Shown in pieces: positions 29,595-40,408 of a DNA stretch of 64,000 bases. The stretch lies in contig CALGNK010000027.1 of the NCBI GenBank assembly GCA_937958695.1, positions 44-64,043 of the forward strand. Direction: 5' to 3'. The notes below the pieces were generated by a model. It searched no databases, was not told the DNA's origin, and saw only the letters and a program-made list of their open reading frames with translations. The DNA comes from an uncultured bacterium. Its GTDB lineage: Bacteria > DUMJ01. Position 1 is the stretch's first letter. Each line of letters starts with the position of its first letter. The translations under genes and the position numbers were made by a program.

Positions 29595-30827
29595 TTATCC
29601 TCCTTCCTCGTTAAAACCTAAAAACCACTCTTTAACCTTATGTAAAATATAACCAAAAAGATTCCTCTTGATTAAGCCACCTTCCTGTTTTCTGTTAAGA
29701 AACTCCAAATCCAACATACCTAGAGCAGTTCCGTATATAGGATTTCTAAGAGTCTCCCATATATCTTCTGCTACCTTAGGATGACCTATTCTTACTGGCC
29801 CATCAAAAAACCTTTCAGCTACTATATTAATATCTCTAAGGAGAGACGAACCACCAGTAATAACCACTCCGCTAGGTATAAGATAGTCAAGCTTTAAGTT
29901 ATAAAGATTTGCACTTACTATATTAAATATATCCTCTACCCTAGCATTTATTATTTCAAAAATGGTCTCTTTGGGGAATTCTCTATCTATCCCTTTACAC
30001 TTTACTATAATACTCTCTTCTCTAATTGGCTTTAAAAGGTCACAACCACCATACTCAACCTTTATAAACTCTGCAGTATCAAATGGTATTTTAAGGAGTA
30101 TTGAAAGGTCGTTAGTAATATGATTCCCCCCAACCGGAACTACAAAGCTAAAATACAACTTTCCGTCTCTAAATATAGCAACATCAGTAGTCCCACCACC
30201 AATGTCTATAAGGCAAACCCCTTCTTTCATCTCCTCAGGAGTAAGAACAGCTTTACCTGAGGCATACGGTTGTAAGATTACATTTCTAACCTTCAAACCG
30301 ACATTCTCGGTAGCAGTTATCAGATTCTGTATATGAGAAATGTTTCCTATAATTAGGGTAACATTAGCGCCTAATCTTTTACCCTTCATCCCAACCGGAT
30401 TTTCTACTTCCCTTATCCCATCAACGGTAAAGTTTCTAGGTATAGAATGTAGAATCATCTTATCCGGTGGTAACCTACAGTTAATTGCACTCTCTATAGC
30501 TTTATTGACATCAGCATCAGTTATTATCCCATCTTTACTAGCTATCTCTATCTCTCCTCTATTTATAATGGTAAATATATGATGACCAGTTACACTTATA
30601 CTTACCTCTTTTAATTTAGCCTTACACATCTTCTCCGCATTAATTACTGCATTATTTATAGATCTAGATAACTTATTTATATCTGTTACGGCACCCTTCT
30701 TCATCCCAAAAGAAGAAGCCATTCCATAACCCACAATCTGATAACTAGCAGCATCTGCCTGTGCAACTAATACACAACTCTTTGTAGTTCCTATATCTAA
30801 AACAGAAATAAGCCTCTCTCTACTCAA
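29595..30827 (-). CDS. ftsA: Cell division protein FtsA
   Basis: [33 protein letters not shown] and VITGG motifs. Confidence 0.96.
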   Translation of the reverse strand: MSRERLISVLDIGTTKSCVLVAQADAASYQIVGYGMASSFGMKKGAVTDINKLSRSINNAVINAEKMCKAKLKEVSISVTGHHIFTIINRGEIEIASKDGIITDADVNKAIESAINCRLPPDKMILHSIPRNFTVDGIREVENPVGMKGKRLGANVTLIIGNISHIQNLITATENVGLKVRNVILQPYASGKAVLTPEEMKEGVCLIDIGGGTTDVAIFRDGKLYFSFVVPVGGNHITNDLSILLKIPFDTAEFIKVEYGGCDLLKPIREESIIVKCKGIDREFPKETIFEIINARVEDIFNIVSANLYNLKLDYLIPSGVVITGGSSLLRDINIVAERFFDGPVRIGHPKVAEDIWETLRNPIYGTALGMLDLEFLNRKQEGGLIKRNLFGYILHKVKEWFLGFNEEGG

Positions 30828-31188
30828 CCTTTCCCTCTTTCATCTTTAAAGATATCTTTGCTAAAACATATCTCCTTATAACCGCCAAATTCTGGAATAT
30901 CCTTACACCAAAAGCAACTATAGCAGCAAGATACAGATCAACACCAAGTCTGTCTCCTATAGCAATCAGTATGACACCCAAAAGAGAATTTACAAAGAAC
31001 CCTGATAGGAATATGGTAGCGTCAAACTTAAACTCAAGGATAGTTCTTATACCACCAAAAATAGTATCTAAGGCTACCAGTATTACTATCGCAATATATC
31101 TGGCATAAAAGGGTGTAACTTGCACTGGAAGAAAGACCCCAATTATAACCCCTATAAACAGTGCTATAAAAGGAATTAATACCCTCAT
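30820..31188 (-). CDS. sbp: Small basic protein Sbp (DUF1290)
   Basis: ALDTIFGGIR, GFFVN, GDRLGVDLY and FGVRIFQNLA.IRR motifs. Confidence 0.9.
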   Translation of the reverse strand: MRVLIPFIALFIGVIIGVFLPVQVTPFYARYIAIVILVALDTIFGGIRTILEFKFDATIFLSGFFVNSLLGVILIAIGDRLGVDLYLAAIVAFGVRIFQNLAVIRRYVLAKISLKMKEGKVE

Positions 31189-31910
31189 TATTCTTTCACC
31201 TTAGCATGCTTAAGTGAAATACTGCCTTCATAAGGTGGAAGATCTATTGAATCGCTCTTTTCTACCTTCAGTATAATACCATACTCTTTAGATATATAAC
31301 TCAACGCCGAGACTATCCCTCCAGGCATATTAATAGCATTCAGTAGAGAATCGGGATTTCCAATAGCCTTTATCTGATAAGGTGGAGATAATCTTACTCC
31401 ATTTACTAGTATAGTGGTACCTACACATCTAATCTCACTAGTTACCGCTATCCTTTGGTCATTTATAGCTATAGCCTCTGCACCAGATGCCCATAGCTCA
31501 TTTACAACTTCTCTTAAGTCGTAGTCGTGAATTATATAATTTTCTGGATTCTCCCCTACTTTTATCTTTTTTTTACTGTCATCTAAGGTTATAATGACCC
31601 CAGGGCCATTAACTGGCAATAAACCTGCCCATAACTTTACTCTATTAAGTTCTTTTAACATTCCTTCTAAAACAGTCTTCTCCCTAGCTGAAGATTCTTC
31701 GTACTGTCTAATCTGCTCTCTTAGAGTATTTATCTCTTGTATAAGCTCATTCCTCTGAGCTTCAAGCTTTTCTACTAGATTTATAAGTTGCTCATTTCTC
31801 ATGCTAAATAATGTATATTTAGGGGATTCATAAAATTTTATCTGGGTAACAGATAACAGCCCTATTATGAAACATACTATAGATAATGCCCAAACAGCCT
31901 TATTACTCAT
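31188..31910 (-). CDS. DUF881 family division-associated protein
   Basis: TM plus coiled coil; GPGVIITLDD, IHDYDL..VVNELW.SGAEAIAIN.QR and PPY.I.AIG motifs. Confidence 0.92.
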   Translation of the reverse strand: MSNKAVWALSIVCFIIGLLSVTQIKFYESPKYTLFSMRNEQLINLVEKLEAQRNELIQEINTLREQIRQYEESSAREKTVLEGMLKELNRVKLWAGLLPVNGPGVIITLDDSKKKIKVGENPENYIIHDYDLREVVNELWASGAEAIAINDQRIAVTSEIRCVGTTILVNGVRLSPPYQIKAIGNPDSLLNAINMPGGIVSALSYISKEYGIILKVEKSDSIDLPPYEGSISLKHAKVKE

Positions 31911-32353
31911 TTATCCTTCGATTCTCCTTCTAATATGGTAGGAAATCTCAAGCTTCTCACATCAATCTCTCTGATCTTTATGCCCTTTTCTCTAGCAGTA
32001 TTTAATATCTTTAATGTCAAATCTAATTTTCTATTTAGATTATTTAAATCTCCTAGTCTACAAGATATATCATTATAAAGTATAACATAAACTTCATCGT
32101 CTTTTATCTCTATCTTCTTTAGTAATGGAAGTTTCGTCTTAGGTAATTCCCTCTCTAGAATAGACATAACCATATTTTTCTTAGATAAAGGATAAACTTG
32201 AATCTTATCTAAAGCCAGATCATACTCTTCTCTTAGACTATACAGGTTTATATTCAACTTTATATCCTTCATTGGACTATTAATTCCCCATACCCCAGCA
32301 GTAACTGTAACAACTGTCAAAAACCATATAACCATTTCATATCTAGAACCCAA
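31907..32353 (-). CDS. Short FtsQ/DivIB-like protein
   Basis: Sits in the ftsQ/divIB position after murB; N-terminal hydrophobic segment; C-terminal LG...KL...IDVR...P resembles the FtsQ beta domain; TTG start with GGAGGTG RBS. Confidence 0.55.
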   Translation of the reverse strand: MGSRYEMVIWFLTVVTVTAGVWGINSPMKDIKLNINLYSLREEYDLALDKIQVYPLSKKNMVMSILERELPKTKLPLLKKIEIKDDEVYVILYNDISCRLGDLNNLNRKLDLTLKILNTAREKGIKIREIDVRSLRFPTILEGESKDK

Positions 32354-33224
32354 TTAAATTCACCTCCGGTTCTAGTTTTATATCAAAAAGTCTATATACC
32401 TTATCCTGTATTACATTAATAACATAGTATATATCATCTGCACTATTTCCAAAATTAAGAATAAAATTTGCATGAATTGGAGAGACCTGAACATCTCTAT
32501 AGGTAAAACCTTTAAACCCTGCTTTTTCTATGAGTATTCCAGCACTCATACCCGGTGGATTCTTAAATGTAGAACCAAACTGTCTTGGATATTTTGGTTG
32601 TTTTTTCCTCAATAAGGCCGTCTTAAAAAGTCTCTCCCTTATCTCATCTAAACTAGTTCGTTTAAGTCTTAGAGATACTCTAGTTAATATAACCATTTCC
32701 TTCCTAAATTCGCTATCTCTATATCCAAACCAGGGGTTATTCTTAACTATATATGTCCCTTCCCTATTTATAAACTCTACAGTCTCTACTATATCGCCTA
32801 TAGAACCATACTTGGTTCCTGCATTCATTACTACAGCCCCACCAACACTACCTGGAATACCAACTAAGGGCTCAAGCCCAGAGAGATTATACTTAACTGA
32901 AATATTAATTAATTCTCCTACAGGAGAACCACCTTCTGCTATCAAAGTATCCCCCTCTAAAAAAGAACCCTTCAGCCTACCTGTATATATAGCAACTCCA
33001 TTAAAACTTCTATCAGGTATTAAAACCTTAGATCCATTTCCAAGCACAAACCAATCATACCCTTCATCATTTATAAAAGAGATAATCTCTAAGATATCAT
33101 CGATACATTCAGGAATAACAAACCAATTAACCTTTCCTCCTGCCTTTATTGTAAGATAAGGTGAGATTGGTTCATATCTTCTAATTTCTCCCTTAATTTT
33201 GAGACCACTCGCCTTCGTATACAA
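32343..33224 (-). CDS. murB: UDP-N-acetylmuramate dehydrogenase MurB
   Basis: LGNGS, GIPGSVGGAVVMNAG, FGYRDS, GSTFKNP, HANF and LEPEV motifs. Confidence 0.95.
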   Translation of the reverse strand: MYTKASGLKIKGEIRRYEPISPYLTIKAGGKVNWFVIPECIDDILEIISFINDEGYDWFVLGNGSKVLIPDRSFNGVAIYTGRLKGSFLEGDTLIAEGGSPVGELINISVKYNLSGLEPLVGIPGSVGGAVVMNAGTKYGSIGDIVETVEFINREGTYIVKNNPWFGYRDSEFRKEMVILTRVSLRLKRTSLDEIRERLFKTALLRKKQPKYPRQFGSTFKNPPGMSAGILIEKAGFKGFTYRDVQVSPIHANFILNFGNSADDIYYVINVIQDKVYRLFDIKLEPEVNLIGF

Positions 33225-34549
33225 TCTATATCCCCCGCTCCCATAAAAACTATAATACTATTATCTATCCCTATCTTCTCTAATTCTTCTTCCAATGGTT
33301 CTCTATCTTTTATCCATTTACTATTCTTATTTAGGGGCAATAATTCATTAAGAATCAACCCACTATCTACGCCTTCTATTTGAGGTTCAGAAGCTGGATA
33401 GATATCCAAAAGTAATATATAATCAGCAATAGAAACTGAATTAGCAATTTCTCTATAAAGATAGTAGGTCCTAGTATACCTGTGCGGCTGAAATACCAAG
33501 ATGACCTTTTTTCCATTGGCTAATAGTCTAATGGCCTCTAAAGAAGCTTTAATCTCTGTCGGGTGGTGAGCGTAATCCTCTATAATCTTAGAACTCCCAA
33601 TATTATCACAGATTTGAAGCCTTCTATTTACACCCCTAAATATCTTTAAGGCTCTATATATAGAATCAAAAGAAACTCTAAGCCAGTCTGCAACAGCTAT
33701 TGCTCCTAAAGCATTTTTAACATTATGTAAGCCAGGGATAGAAAGTTCTATAATACCAATACTCTTACCTTCCTTAGTTACCTCAAGGATACTCCCACTC
33801 TCTGTAAGAGTAATGTTTTTAGCAGAATAAATATTATGACTATCCAATCCGTAGGTGATTTTCTCTCTCTTTAAGGAGGCATCTCTCAAGAACGAATCAT
33901 CCCCACAGACAAATACCAACTCCTTTGCCTGATCCGTAAACTTAATAAAAGCCCTTTTTATATTCTCTATATCCTTATAGTAATCTAAATGGTCATTATC
34001 CACGTTAGTAATCACTTCTATGTTAGGAGATAGATATAAAAAAGAACCATCGCTCTCATCTGTCTCGGCTACTAATAGCTCTCCTTTACCAAGTCTAGCT
34101 GTACCACCTATATCAGTCGCCTCTCCTCCAACAATCACTGTTGGAGAAAGACCGCCTACATCTAACACTAAGCCAAGCATAGATGTTAGCGTAGTCTTAC
34201 CATGAGCACCTGCTACGCCAATACTTCTCTTTTTACTCATAAGATATGCTAACATTTCTCCTCTTTTTAGCACTGTTAGATTCCTTCTTCTTGCCTCTAT
34301 AAGTTCTGGATTATCATCATGCACAGCACTAGAAACAATCACTACCGTTGAATCCCCGATATTTTCTGGCTTGTGGCCAATATAGATAGGAATTCCTAGG
34401 CTAGATAATCTCTTAGTAGTTTCACTATTCTTTATATCCGAACCCTTTACTTTATATCCAAGCTGATGTAATATCTGAGCTATACCACTCATCCCATACC
34501 CACCAATACCAATAAAATATAGTTTATCCTCTGTACTTATTTCTACCAT
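33146..34549 (-). CDS. murC: UDP-N-acetylmuramate--L-alanine ligase MurC
   Basis: FIGIGGYGMSG, GAHGKTT, ETDESDGSF, DYAHHPTEI and FQPHRYTRT motifs. Confidence 0.97.
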   Translation of the reverse strand: MVEISTEDKLYFIGIGGYGMSGIAQILHQLGYKVKGSDIKNSETTKRLSSLGIPIYIGHKPENIGDSTVVIVSSAVHDDNPELIEARRRNLTVLKRGEMLAYLMSKKRSIGVAGAHGKTTLTSMLGLVLDVGGLSPTVIVGGEATDIGGTARLGKGELLVAETDESDGSFLYLSPNIEVITNVDNDHLDYYKDIENIKRAFIKFTDQAKELVFVCGDDSFLRDASLKREKITYGLDSHNIYSAKNITLTESGSILEVTKEGKSIGIIELSIPGLHNVKNALGAIAVADWLRVSFDSIYRALKIFRGVNRRLQICDNIGSSKIIEDYAHHPTEIKASLEAIRLLANGKKVILVFQPHRYTRTYYLYREIANSVSIADYILLLDIYPASEPQIEGVDSGLILNELLPLNKNSKWIKDREPLEEELEKIGIDNSIIVFMGAGDIDCIRRRVVSKLREKLEDMNQSHLILQ

Positions 34550-35600
34550 AATAGCCTCCTATTATTCCTAGAGATTCTTCTACCACCCTGTAACTAGCGT
34601 TTGGTAAATTTGAAACTTCCCTATAACTCAAATCCTTCCTAGCATTACTTTCATCCTTAAATTTCATAATCTTCTCTGCCAAATCTTTTGGCAATAACTG
34701 GTCCTCATCAACTATCAGACATCTACCTTGCTTCACTAACCATTTGGCATTTAGATACTGATGCCCTTCGGCTCCTTTATATGGGATTAGAATAGCTGGT
34801 AAGTTTACAGTTGCCAATTCAATAACGGTTCCTGCACCCGCTCTAGATATTACCAAGTTTGTTCTTTCATAGAGGGTCCATATATCTTCCTTGTACTTAT
34901 AGACCTCATAATCTGGGGAGTTAATTTTTTCAATCCTATCCTTTAACCTTTCATATTCCCTAGTCCCTGTAACGTGTATAATTCTCACGTCTTTTAGTAA
35001 ACTATTCTCTACAATTTCTAAGATAGTATTATTTATAACTCTAGCTCCTTGACTACCTCCCATAACCAAAACTGTAAACTTATTATGTTTAAGAGGAGTT
35101 ATATCATAGAATTCCTTTCTCAATGGAAATCCGGTATAGACAACCTTCTTCTGAAAGATTCCAAAGTTAGTATCTGGAAAAGAGGTAAATATTCTATTTA
35201 CGAATGGGGCTAGTAGCTTATTGGCTAATCCTGGAAGAATGTTCTGTTCATGGATTGCTCTTGGTATGCCAAAAACAAAAGATATAAAGATAGGCGATAC
35301 GGAGATATATCCTCCCATTCCTAATACCAATAGAGGCTTTAAATGTAATAAGAGTTTAGTAGAGAGGACAAAATCTTTTAAAATACCCCAAAATGTCTTG
35401 AATATTCCCTTAAAGGTTCTATCCCATCCTATAGAGCATCCTTCAAAAAGATTTATACCATCCAATCTAATATTAGACGGCCTCTTTTTACTAGTCAAAA
35501 GATGAACTTGAAATCCTCTTTCAATAAAAACCCTAGCTACAGCCAAAGCAGGATATATATGACCTCCACTACCTCCAGCGGTAATAAGTATATTTTTCAT
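34524..35600 (-). CDS. murG: Lipid II GlcNAc transferase MurG
   Basis: GGSGGHIYPA, GGY, HEQN..PGLAN, GGSQGA, SRAGA and HQ..NA motifs. Confidence 0.96.
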   Translation of the reverse strand: MKNILITAGGSGGHIYPALAVARVFIERGFQVHLLTSKKRPSNIRLDGINLFEGCSIGWDRTFKGIFKTFWGILKDFVLSTKLLLHLKPLLVLGMGGYISVSPIFISFVFGIPRAIHEQNILPGLANKLLAPFVNRIFTSFPDTNFGIFQKKVVYTGFPLRKEFYDITPLKHNKFTVLVMGGSQGARVINNTILEIVENSLLKDVRIIHVTGTREYERLKDRIEKINSPDYEVYKYKEDIWTLYERTNLVISRAGAGTVIELATVNLPAILIPYKGAEGHQYLNAKWLVKQGRCLIVDEDQLLPKDLAEKIMKFKDESNARKDLSYREVSNLPNASYRVVEESLGIIGGYYGRNKYRG

Positions 35601-36709
35601 TCGCCTACCACCTCTGTTCTATATCTAGAGACCCCTAAAGCATACCCTATCATAAAAAGAGATACAATCCTAGAAGTGCCACCAGAACTAAGTAACGGAA
35701 GTGGGATTCCGGTAATAGGAAGCAATTTAATAACTCCGCCTATGTTGATTATCGCTTGAATAGTTAGACTGAGAGCAAATCCCAATACTACAAATCTAGA
35801 AAATTTAAATGGACAATGTAAACCTATCTCAAACATCCTTACACAGATAAGGGAGTATAATAATACTATAAAGATGGTAATAAGAAGACCAAATTCTTCT
35901 CCTATATGGGCAAGAATAAGGTCTGTATGGATTTCTGGTAATACATTCAATTTCTGTTGTCCCATGCCTAATCCTACACCTAAAAGTCCTCCTCTGGCAA
36001 AAGCACGTAAAGCTTGTATATACTGATAACCATCCCCATATGGATCCTTCCAAGGGTCTAGAAAAGCCAAAAATCTCCTTTCTCTATAAGAGGCGGTAAA
36101 TATAAGCCTATAGCCTAAAAATACAGAGCCAGTAAATATAGATAAAAACATTGTTAGAGGCATTCCGGCTGAGAATACCATCAGTAAAGAGGTCAAGAAG
36201 GTTATCATTGCACTACCATAATCTGGTTGAGAGAGAATCATACAGGTAAAAACGAGTATAACAGTAAGAATTTTAAGCATGGTAAAATTCCAACCCATAT
36301 GCTCTTTTGTAAGGACGTTACTTATATAGAGTATAATGGCTAATCTAGCAATATCACTAGTCTGAACAGATATTCCTCCCATACGTAGCCACCTAACTCC
36401 ACCCCTTGAGGAAGAACCCCAGAGAAGAGTCATTATAAGAAGCAAGAGGGCAATATAGAGAAAGTATGTGGCATATATACGAAGAAATCTAAGTTTCATC
36501 CTATAAGCTATTATTCCAGCTATAATTCCCAATACAGAATAAACTAACTGAGATCTAAAGGATACATCAGAATATCCCATAGTAGCGATCTGAATCCTCT
36601 CTATAGAATAAAGTGCAATTATACCTAAAACAAGTAAAATACAAGAGCTAATCAAAAGGATCCAATCTATTTCCGCATTAAACTTTACTACTTTTCCATA
36701 TATAGACAA
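35597..36709 (-). CDS. ftsW: SEDS peptidoglycan glycosyltransferase FtsW (start uncertain; TTG 36709 or ATG 36739)
   Basis: QPDYG, FLDPW.DPYG.GYQ, LPEIHTD and TGIPLPLLSSGG motifs; between murD and murG. Confidence 0.93.
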   Translation of the reverse strand: MSIYGKVVKFNAEIDWILLISSCILLVLGIIALYSIERIQIATMGYSDVSFRSQLVYSVLGIIAGIIAYRMKLRFLRIYATYFLYIALLLLIMTLLWGSSSRGGVRWLRMGGISVQTSDIARLAIILYISNVLTKEHMGWNFTMLKILTVILVFTCMILSQPDYGSAMITFLTSLLMVFSAGMPLTMFLSIFTGSVFLGYRLIFTASYRERRFLAFLDPWKDPYGDGYQYIQALRAFARGGLLGVGLGMGQQKLNVLPEIHTDLILAHIGEEFGLLITIFIVLLYSLICVRMFEIGLHCPFKFSRFVVLGFALSLTIQAIINIGGVIKLLPITGIPLPLLSSGGTSRIVSLFMIGYALGVSRYRTEVVGE

Positions 36710-38018
36710 TCTCTTTAAATCTCTCTCCCCTCTCAGCATAGTTTTTAAACATATCAAAACTGGCACAAGCAGGACTAAAAAGTATACAGTCCCCCTTTTT
36801 GGCACTATCTATGGCGGTCAAGACAGCCTCTTCTAAAGAAGTATGGATAGAAAAATTCTCAATACTATTTTCTAAAAGGAGCTTTTTTAGCTTCTCCCTA
36901 GTCTCACCTATAAGACAAATATGTCTTACGTTAGTTTGTCTTAGTTCATCGATCAACTCTGAAAAGTCCATGCCCTTATCCTGTCCACCTAAGATAAGGA
37001 CTTTATTTTCATTGATACTCCTTAAAGCACTTATAGTAGCATGAGGATTAGTAGCCTTAGAATCGTCTATAAAAGTAAGTCCACCATACTCAAGAAATTT
37101 CTCTAAAGTGTGCGGATATGGACTGAAAGTCTCTATTGCTCTTATCAAATCATCCAGAGGAATACCACACAACAGCCCTATAGTGCTAGCACACATTATA
37201 TTGGCAAGATTATGTTTACCTATAAGTCTTATATTATCTAATGGGATAGAAACATCAGAAAACTCTTCTATATTAAACTTTATATTTCCATCTTTTACAT
37301 ATACTTCGCTTTTGTCTGTATCTTCAAGAGAAAAAGATATCTTTCTACTTTTGGCATCTCTTACCGCTTCCACAACGTTAATATCGTCTCTATTGTAAAT
37401 CAGTATCTCCTCATTCCCTTGATTATAAAATATCCGCCTTTTAGCCTCTACATATTCTTCTATACTATTATGCCAATTTAAATGGTCACTTGCAATATTT
37501 AGCAATACTCCTATCTTAGGTCTAAAGAGCTTAGTTCCCTGAAGCTGAAAACTACTTACCTCTAATACAAAATATTCAGGTCTAGAATCAATTACTTCTC
37601 CAATAAATGGAATCCCTATATTCCCAACTAACTTTACATTCTTTTTAGTGGATAAGATGTGGGTAGTCAAAGATGTAGTAGTTGTTTTCCCATTCGTTCC
37701 TGTAATAGCTATAATGGGGACATCAGTAAGGCGGTAAGCTAATTCTATCTCACTTATAACCTCGATACCCTTATTTCTAGCTCTTTCTAAAAATAATTCA
37801 TTCCATCTTACCCCTGGACTTACAATTATAAGATCTGAATCCAATATAAATCCTTCGGTATGTCCCCCAAGTTCTACTTCTACCCCATCTGGAACAGTCA
37901 GATCTTCTTTTTTTTCTGAAAGCTTTACTCTTGCTCCTAGCCTCAATAAGGTTTTGACACAAGCCTCACCTGTTTTTCCATAACCTATTACTGTTACACA
38001 TTTACCTTTTAAATCCAT
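36678..38018 (-). CDS. murD: UDP-MurNAc-L-Ala--D-glutamate ligase MurD
   Basis: SPG, ITGTNGKTTT, EVSSFQL, DSKATN and SPACASFDMF motifs. Confidence 0.97.
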   Translation of the reverse strand: MDLKGKCVTVIGYGKTGEACVKTLLRLGARVKLSEKKEDLTVPDGVEVELGGHTEGFILDSDLIIVSPGVRWNELFLERARNKGIEVISEIELAYRLTDVPIIAITGTNGKTTTTSLTTHILSTKKNVKLVGNIGIPFIGEVIDSRPEYFVLEVSSFQLQGTKLFRPKIGVLLNIASDHLNWHNSIEEYVEAKRRIFYNQGNEEILIYNRDDINVVEAVRDAKSRKISFSLEDTDKSEVYVKDGNIKFNIEEFSDVSIPLDNIRLIGKHNLANIMCASTIGLLCGIPLDDLIRAIETFSPYPHTLEKFLEYGGLTFIDDSKATNPHATISALRSINENKVLILGGQDKGMDFSELIDELRQTNVRHICLIGETREKLKKLLLENSIENFSIHTSLEEAVLTAIDSAKKGDCILFSPACASFDMFKNYAERGERFKEIVYIWKSSKV

Positions 38019-38949
38019 TTATAAATACCCCCATAATACCAGCTAACAGAGTTAATAAGGAGAACCTTGTAACAACCTGTGGTTCGCTCCATCCTGAAAG
38101 CTCAAAATGATGATGAAGAGGGCTCATCTTAAATATTCTCTTTCCAGTAAGCTTAAAGTATGATACCTGAAGTATTACGGAGAGATTCTCAAGTATAAAT
38201 ATAATGCCTAGTATAATAATAAACCATTCTTTACCAAGCGCTACTCCTATCCCAGCCACGCTAGCTCCAAGGGATAAAGAACCTATATCGCCCATAATAA
38301 GCCTAGCTGGATGGGCATTATAGAAGAGAAATACTAGTAAGCCTCCAAGAATGGCTAAAGAGAACGCTATTACATTGAAATCCTTAAAAATCAGTAAAAC
38401 AAAAAATAGCAAGATAGTTATAATAGTTCCAGCTAAACCATCTACCCCATCTGTAAAGTTTACTCCGTTTGCTATACCCACTATAAATACCGTTTCCAAT
38501 AGATACTGCCAAAAGGTATCACCTGAGCGAAAGATAAGAAAGTCTCCCTTTAACTCAAAGATACCAAACCTTCTAATCATCCAGAGCCAAAAGAGTGTAA
38601 TGGTACATTCTGCTATAAACTTGTACCTACCCTTCAATGGTTGGGATGACCTTCTCTTTATCCCTGCATAGTCATCTATCCCGCCTATAACTGCGTAACC
38701 CGTTATTAAGGATAGTAGAGCCATTATTTCTCGTGTGGGGTATAGAATCAATAGTGTCAGTAAAGTACTTAAGAATATGACAAGTCCACCCATAGTTGGA
38801 GTCCCTTCTTTAGTTAAATGCGACTTAGGACCATAATCCCTTACATGTTTAGGAAGCAGAGACCTAAAATACTTTAAATAGAGCTTAAATCCAACTATAC
38901 TAAGAGTTAGCGAAAGAAAAAGGGTAAATATACATCTAGTGCTTATCAT
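38002..38949 (-). CDS. mraY: Phospho-MurNAc-pentapeptide transferase MraY
   Basis: K.GTPTMGG, DDY, NFTDGVDGLA, MGD.GSL and PLHHHFE motifs. Confidence 0.97.
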   Translation of the reverse strand: MISTRCIFTLFLSLTLSIVGFKLYLKYFRSLLPKHVRDYGPKSHLTKEGTPTMGGLVIFLSTLLTLLILYPTREIMALLSLITGYAVIGGIDDYAGIKRRSSQPLKGRYKFIAECTITLFWLWMIRRFGIFELKGDFLIFRSGDTFWQYLLETVFIVGIANGVNFTDGVDGLAGTIITILLFFVLLIFKDFNVIAFSLAILGGLLVFLFYNAHPARLIMGDIGSLSLGASVAGIGVALGKEWFIIILGIIFILENLSVILQVSYFKLTGKRIFKMSPLHHHFELSGWSEPQVVTRFSLLTLLAGIMGVFINGFKR

Positions 38950-40408
38950 TTATCCTCCTCTTAATAGCTTCTAAAGCCACCTCTCTATCATCAAAGTGGA
39001 TAGTTATATCTTTAAATATCTGATATGTCTCGTGTCCTTTACCAGCTATTACTACAATATCTCCAGGCTCTGCCATATTAATAGCACAATTAATTGCCTC
39101 TTTCCTATCCTCTTGTATGATATAGTTATCCTTCTCTACTCCACTAATTATATCTTCTATGATCTTTGCAGGGTCTTCACTGCGGGGATTATCAGAGGTA
39201 ATGATAGCAAAATCGGATAACCTAGTTGCTATATCTCCCATAATAGGTCTCTTAGTCTTATCCCTATCTCCTCCACATCCAAATACAACTATGACTCTTC
39301 TCCCCAAAGACTTAGCTACTTTAAGAACCCTCTCTAGTGCATCTGGAGTATGGGCATAATCTACTAAAACCTGAAATTGCTGTCCCAAATCTATGCGTTC
39401 TAACCTACCCCTTACAGGGTTAAATTCACAAACAGTTCTTAGTACCGTATTCATAGGAATTCCTACTTTATAGGAGTAACCAATAGCTGAAAGGATGTTA
39501 TATACATTTATCTCTCCTAAAAGCTTAGACTTTACCTTAAAATGTTCACCTTCTAGAATAAGATCAAAAGACAAACCATCTTTAGACACCTCTATATTTT
39601 TAGCAGTTATTAGAGCAGGTTCTCTTATACCATAAGTAATAGGATGCTTATCCCGGAATTCTTCAACTAATCTCTTACCATATGGATCATCAACATTTAT
39701 TACCATAATACCATTTTCTTCCTTTGAAACCATTTCAAATAGACGTCTTTTAGCACTAAAATATGATTCCATATCCTTATGAAAGTCTAGATGATCTTGG
39801 GTAAGATTGGTAAAGACACCTCCCTCAAAATAGACCGCATCCACTCTATGTTGAACAAGGGCATGAGAGGATATCTCCATCACAATCCTTTCTATACCTA
39901 ATGTTCTAGCCTTATCATATAGTTTAGCCAAGAGTAATTGTTCAGGAGTTGTAAAATTGGTAGGAAGATCCTCATCATATAGTCTAGCGCCTAGAGTACC
40001 TATTATGCCAATCTTCTCTCCATTAGCCTCTAAGATCTTGCCAATAAGATTTACGGTAGTAGTTTTACCATTGGTACCAGTAACACCGACAGTCTTTATG
40101 AGCCTAAACGGATTTCCATAGAAATTACTGCTTATAAAGGCGTATGCCTTCTTACTGTCTGAAACCCTTATATAAGGAAAATTTCCTGTCAATTCTTCTT
40201 CTCCTACTGTTACTATTGCCCCATTTGCAATAGCCTCTTCTATAAAGGAATGACCATCAAATTTCTCTCCTTTTAATGCTATAAACATATAATTTTTCTT
40301 AATATCCTTAGAATTACTACTAATACCTTCTATCTCTGTCCCATCTAGACTCTCTATATTTCTAATATCTACTATTTCCACATTCTCTATTAACTTTACT
40401 AGCTTCAT
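38936..40408 (-). CDS. murE: UDP-MurNAc-dipeptide--meso-DAP ligase MurE
   Basis: GVTGTNGKTT, TNLTQDHLDFH, DYAHTPD, GCGGDRD, DNPR (meso-DAP specificity) and GKGHE motifs. Confidence 0.97.
   Translation of the reverse strand: MKLVKLIENVEIVDIRNIESLDGTEIEGISSNSKDIKKNYMFIALKGEKFDGHSFIEEAIANGAIVTVGEEELTGNFPYIRVSDSKKAYAFISSNFYGNPFRLIKTVGVTGTNGKTTTVNLIGKILEANGEKIGIIGTLGARLYDEDLPTNFTTPEQLLLAKLYDKARTLGIERIVMEISSHALVQHRVDAVYFEGGVFTNLTQDHLDFHKDMESYFSAKRRLFEMVSKEENGIMVINVDDPYGKRLVEEFRDKHPITYGIREPALITAKNIEVSKDGLSFDLILEGEHFKVKSKLLGEINVYNILSAIGYSYKVGIPMNTVLRTVCEFNPVRGRLERIDLGQQFQVLVDYAHTPDALERVLKVAKSLGRRVIVVFGCGGDRDKTKRPIMGDIATRLSDFAIITSDNPRSEDPAKIIEDIISGVEKDNYIIQEDRKEAINCAINMAEPGDIVVIAGKGHETYQIFKDITIHFDDREVALEAIKRRINDKH

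Noticed and set aside
29081-29614. 177-aa plus-strand ORF
   Set aside because: Antisense shadow of ftsZ. The same applies to the many other 60-145 aa ORFs overlapping well-supported genes.
32530-33159. 209-aa plus-strand ORF
   Set aside because: Fully antisense to murB, Ser/Pro/Ile-rich shadow composition, no motifs.
36678-36805. 128-bp overlap between ftsW and murD
   Set aside because: Artefact of longest-ORF calling; FtsW similarity begins near the murD stop and nearer starts exist.
38002-40408. murF and ddl missing from the dcw cluster
   Set aside because: These genes are commonly located elsewhere (e.g. in Bacillus); not informative from one window.
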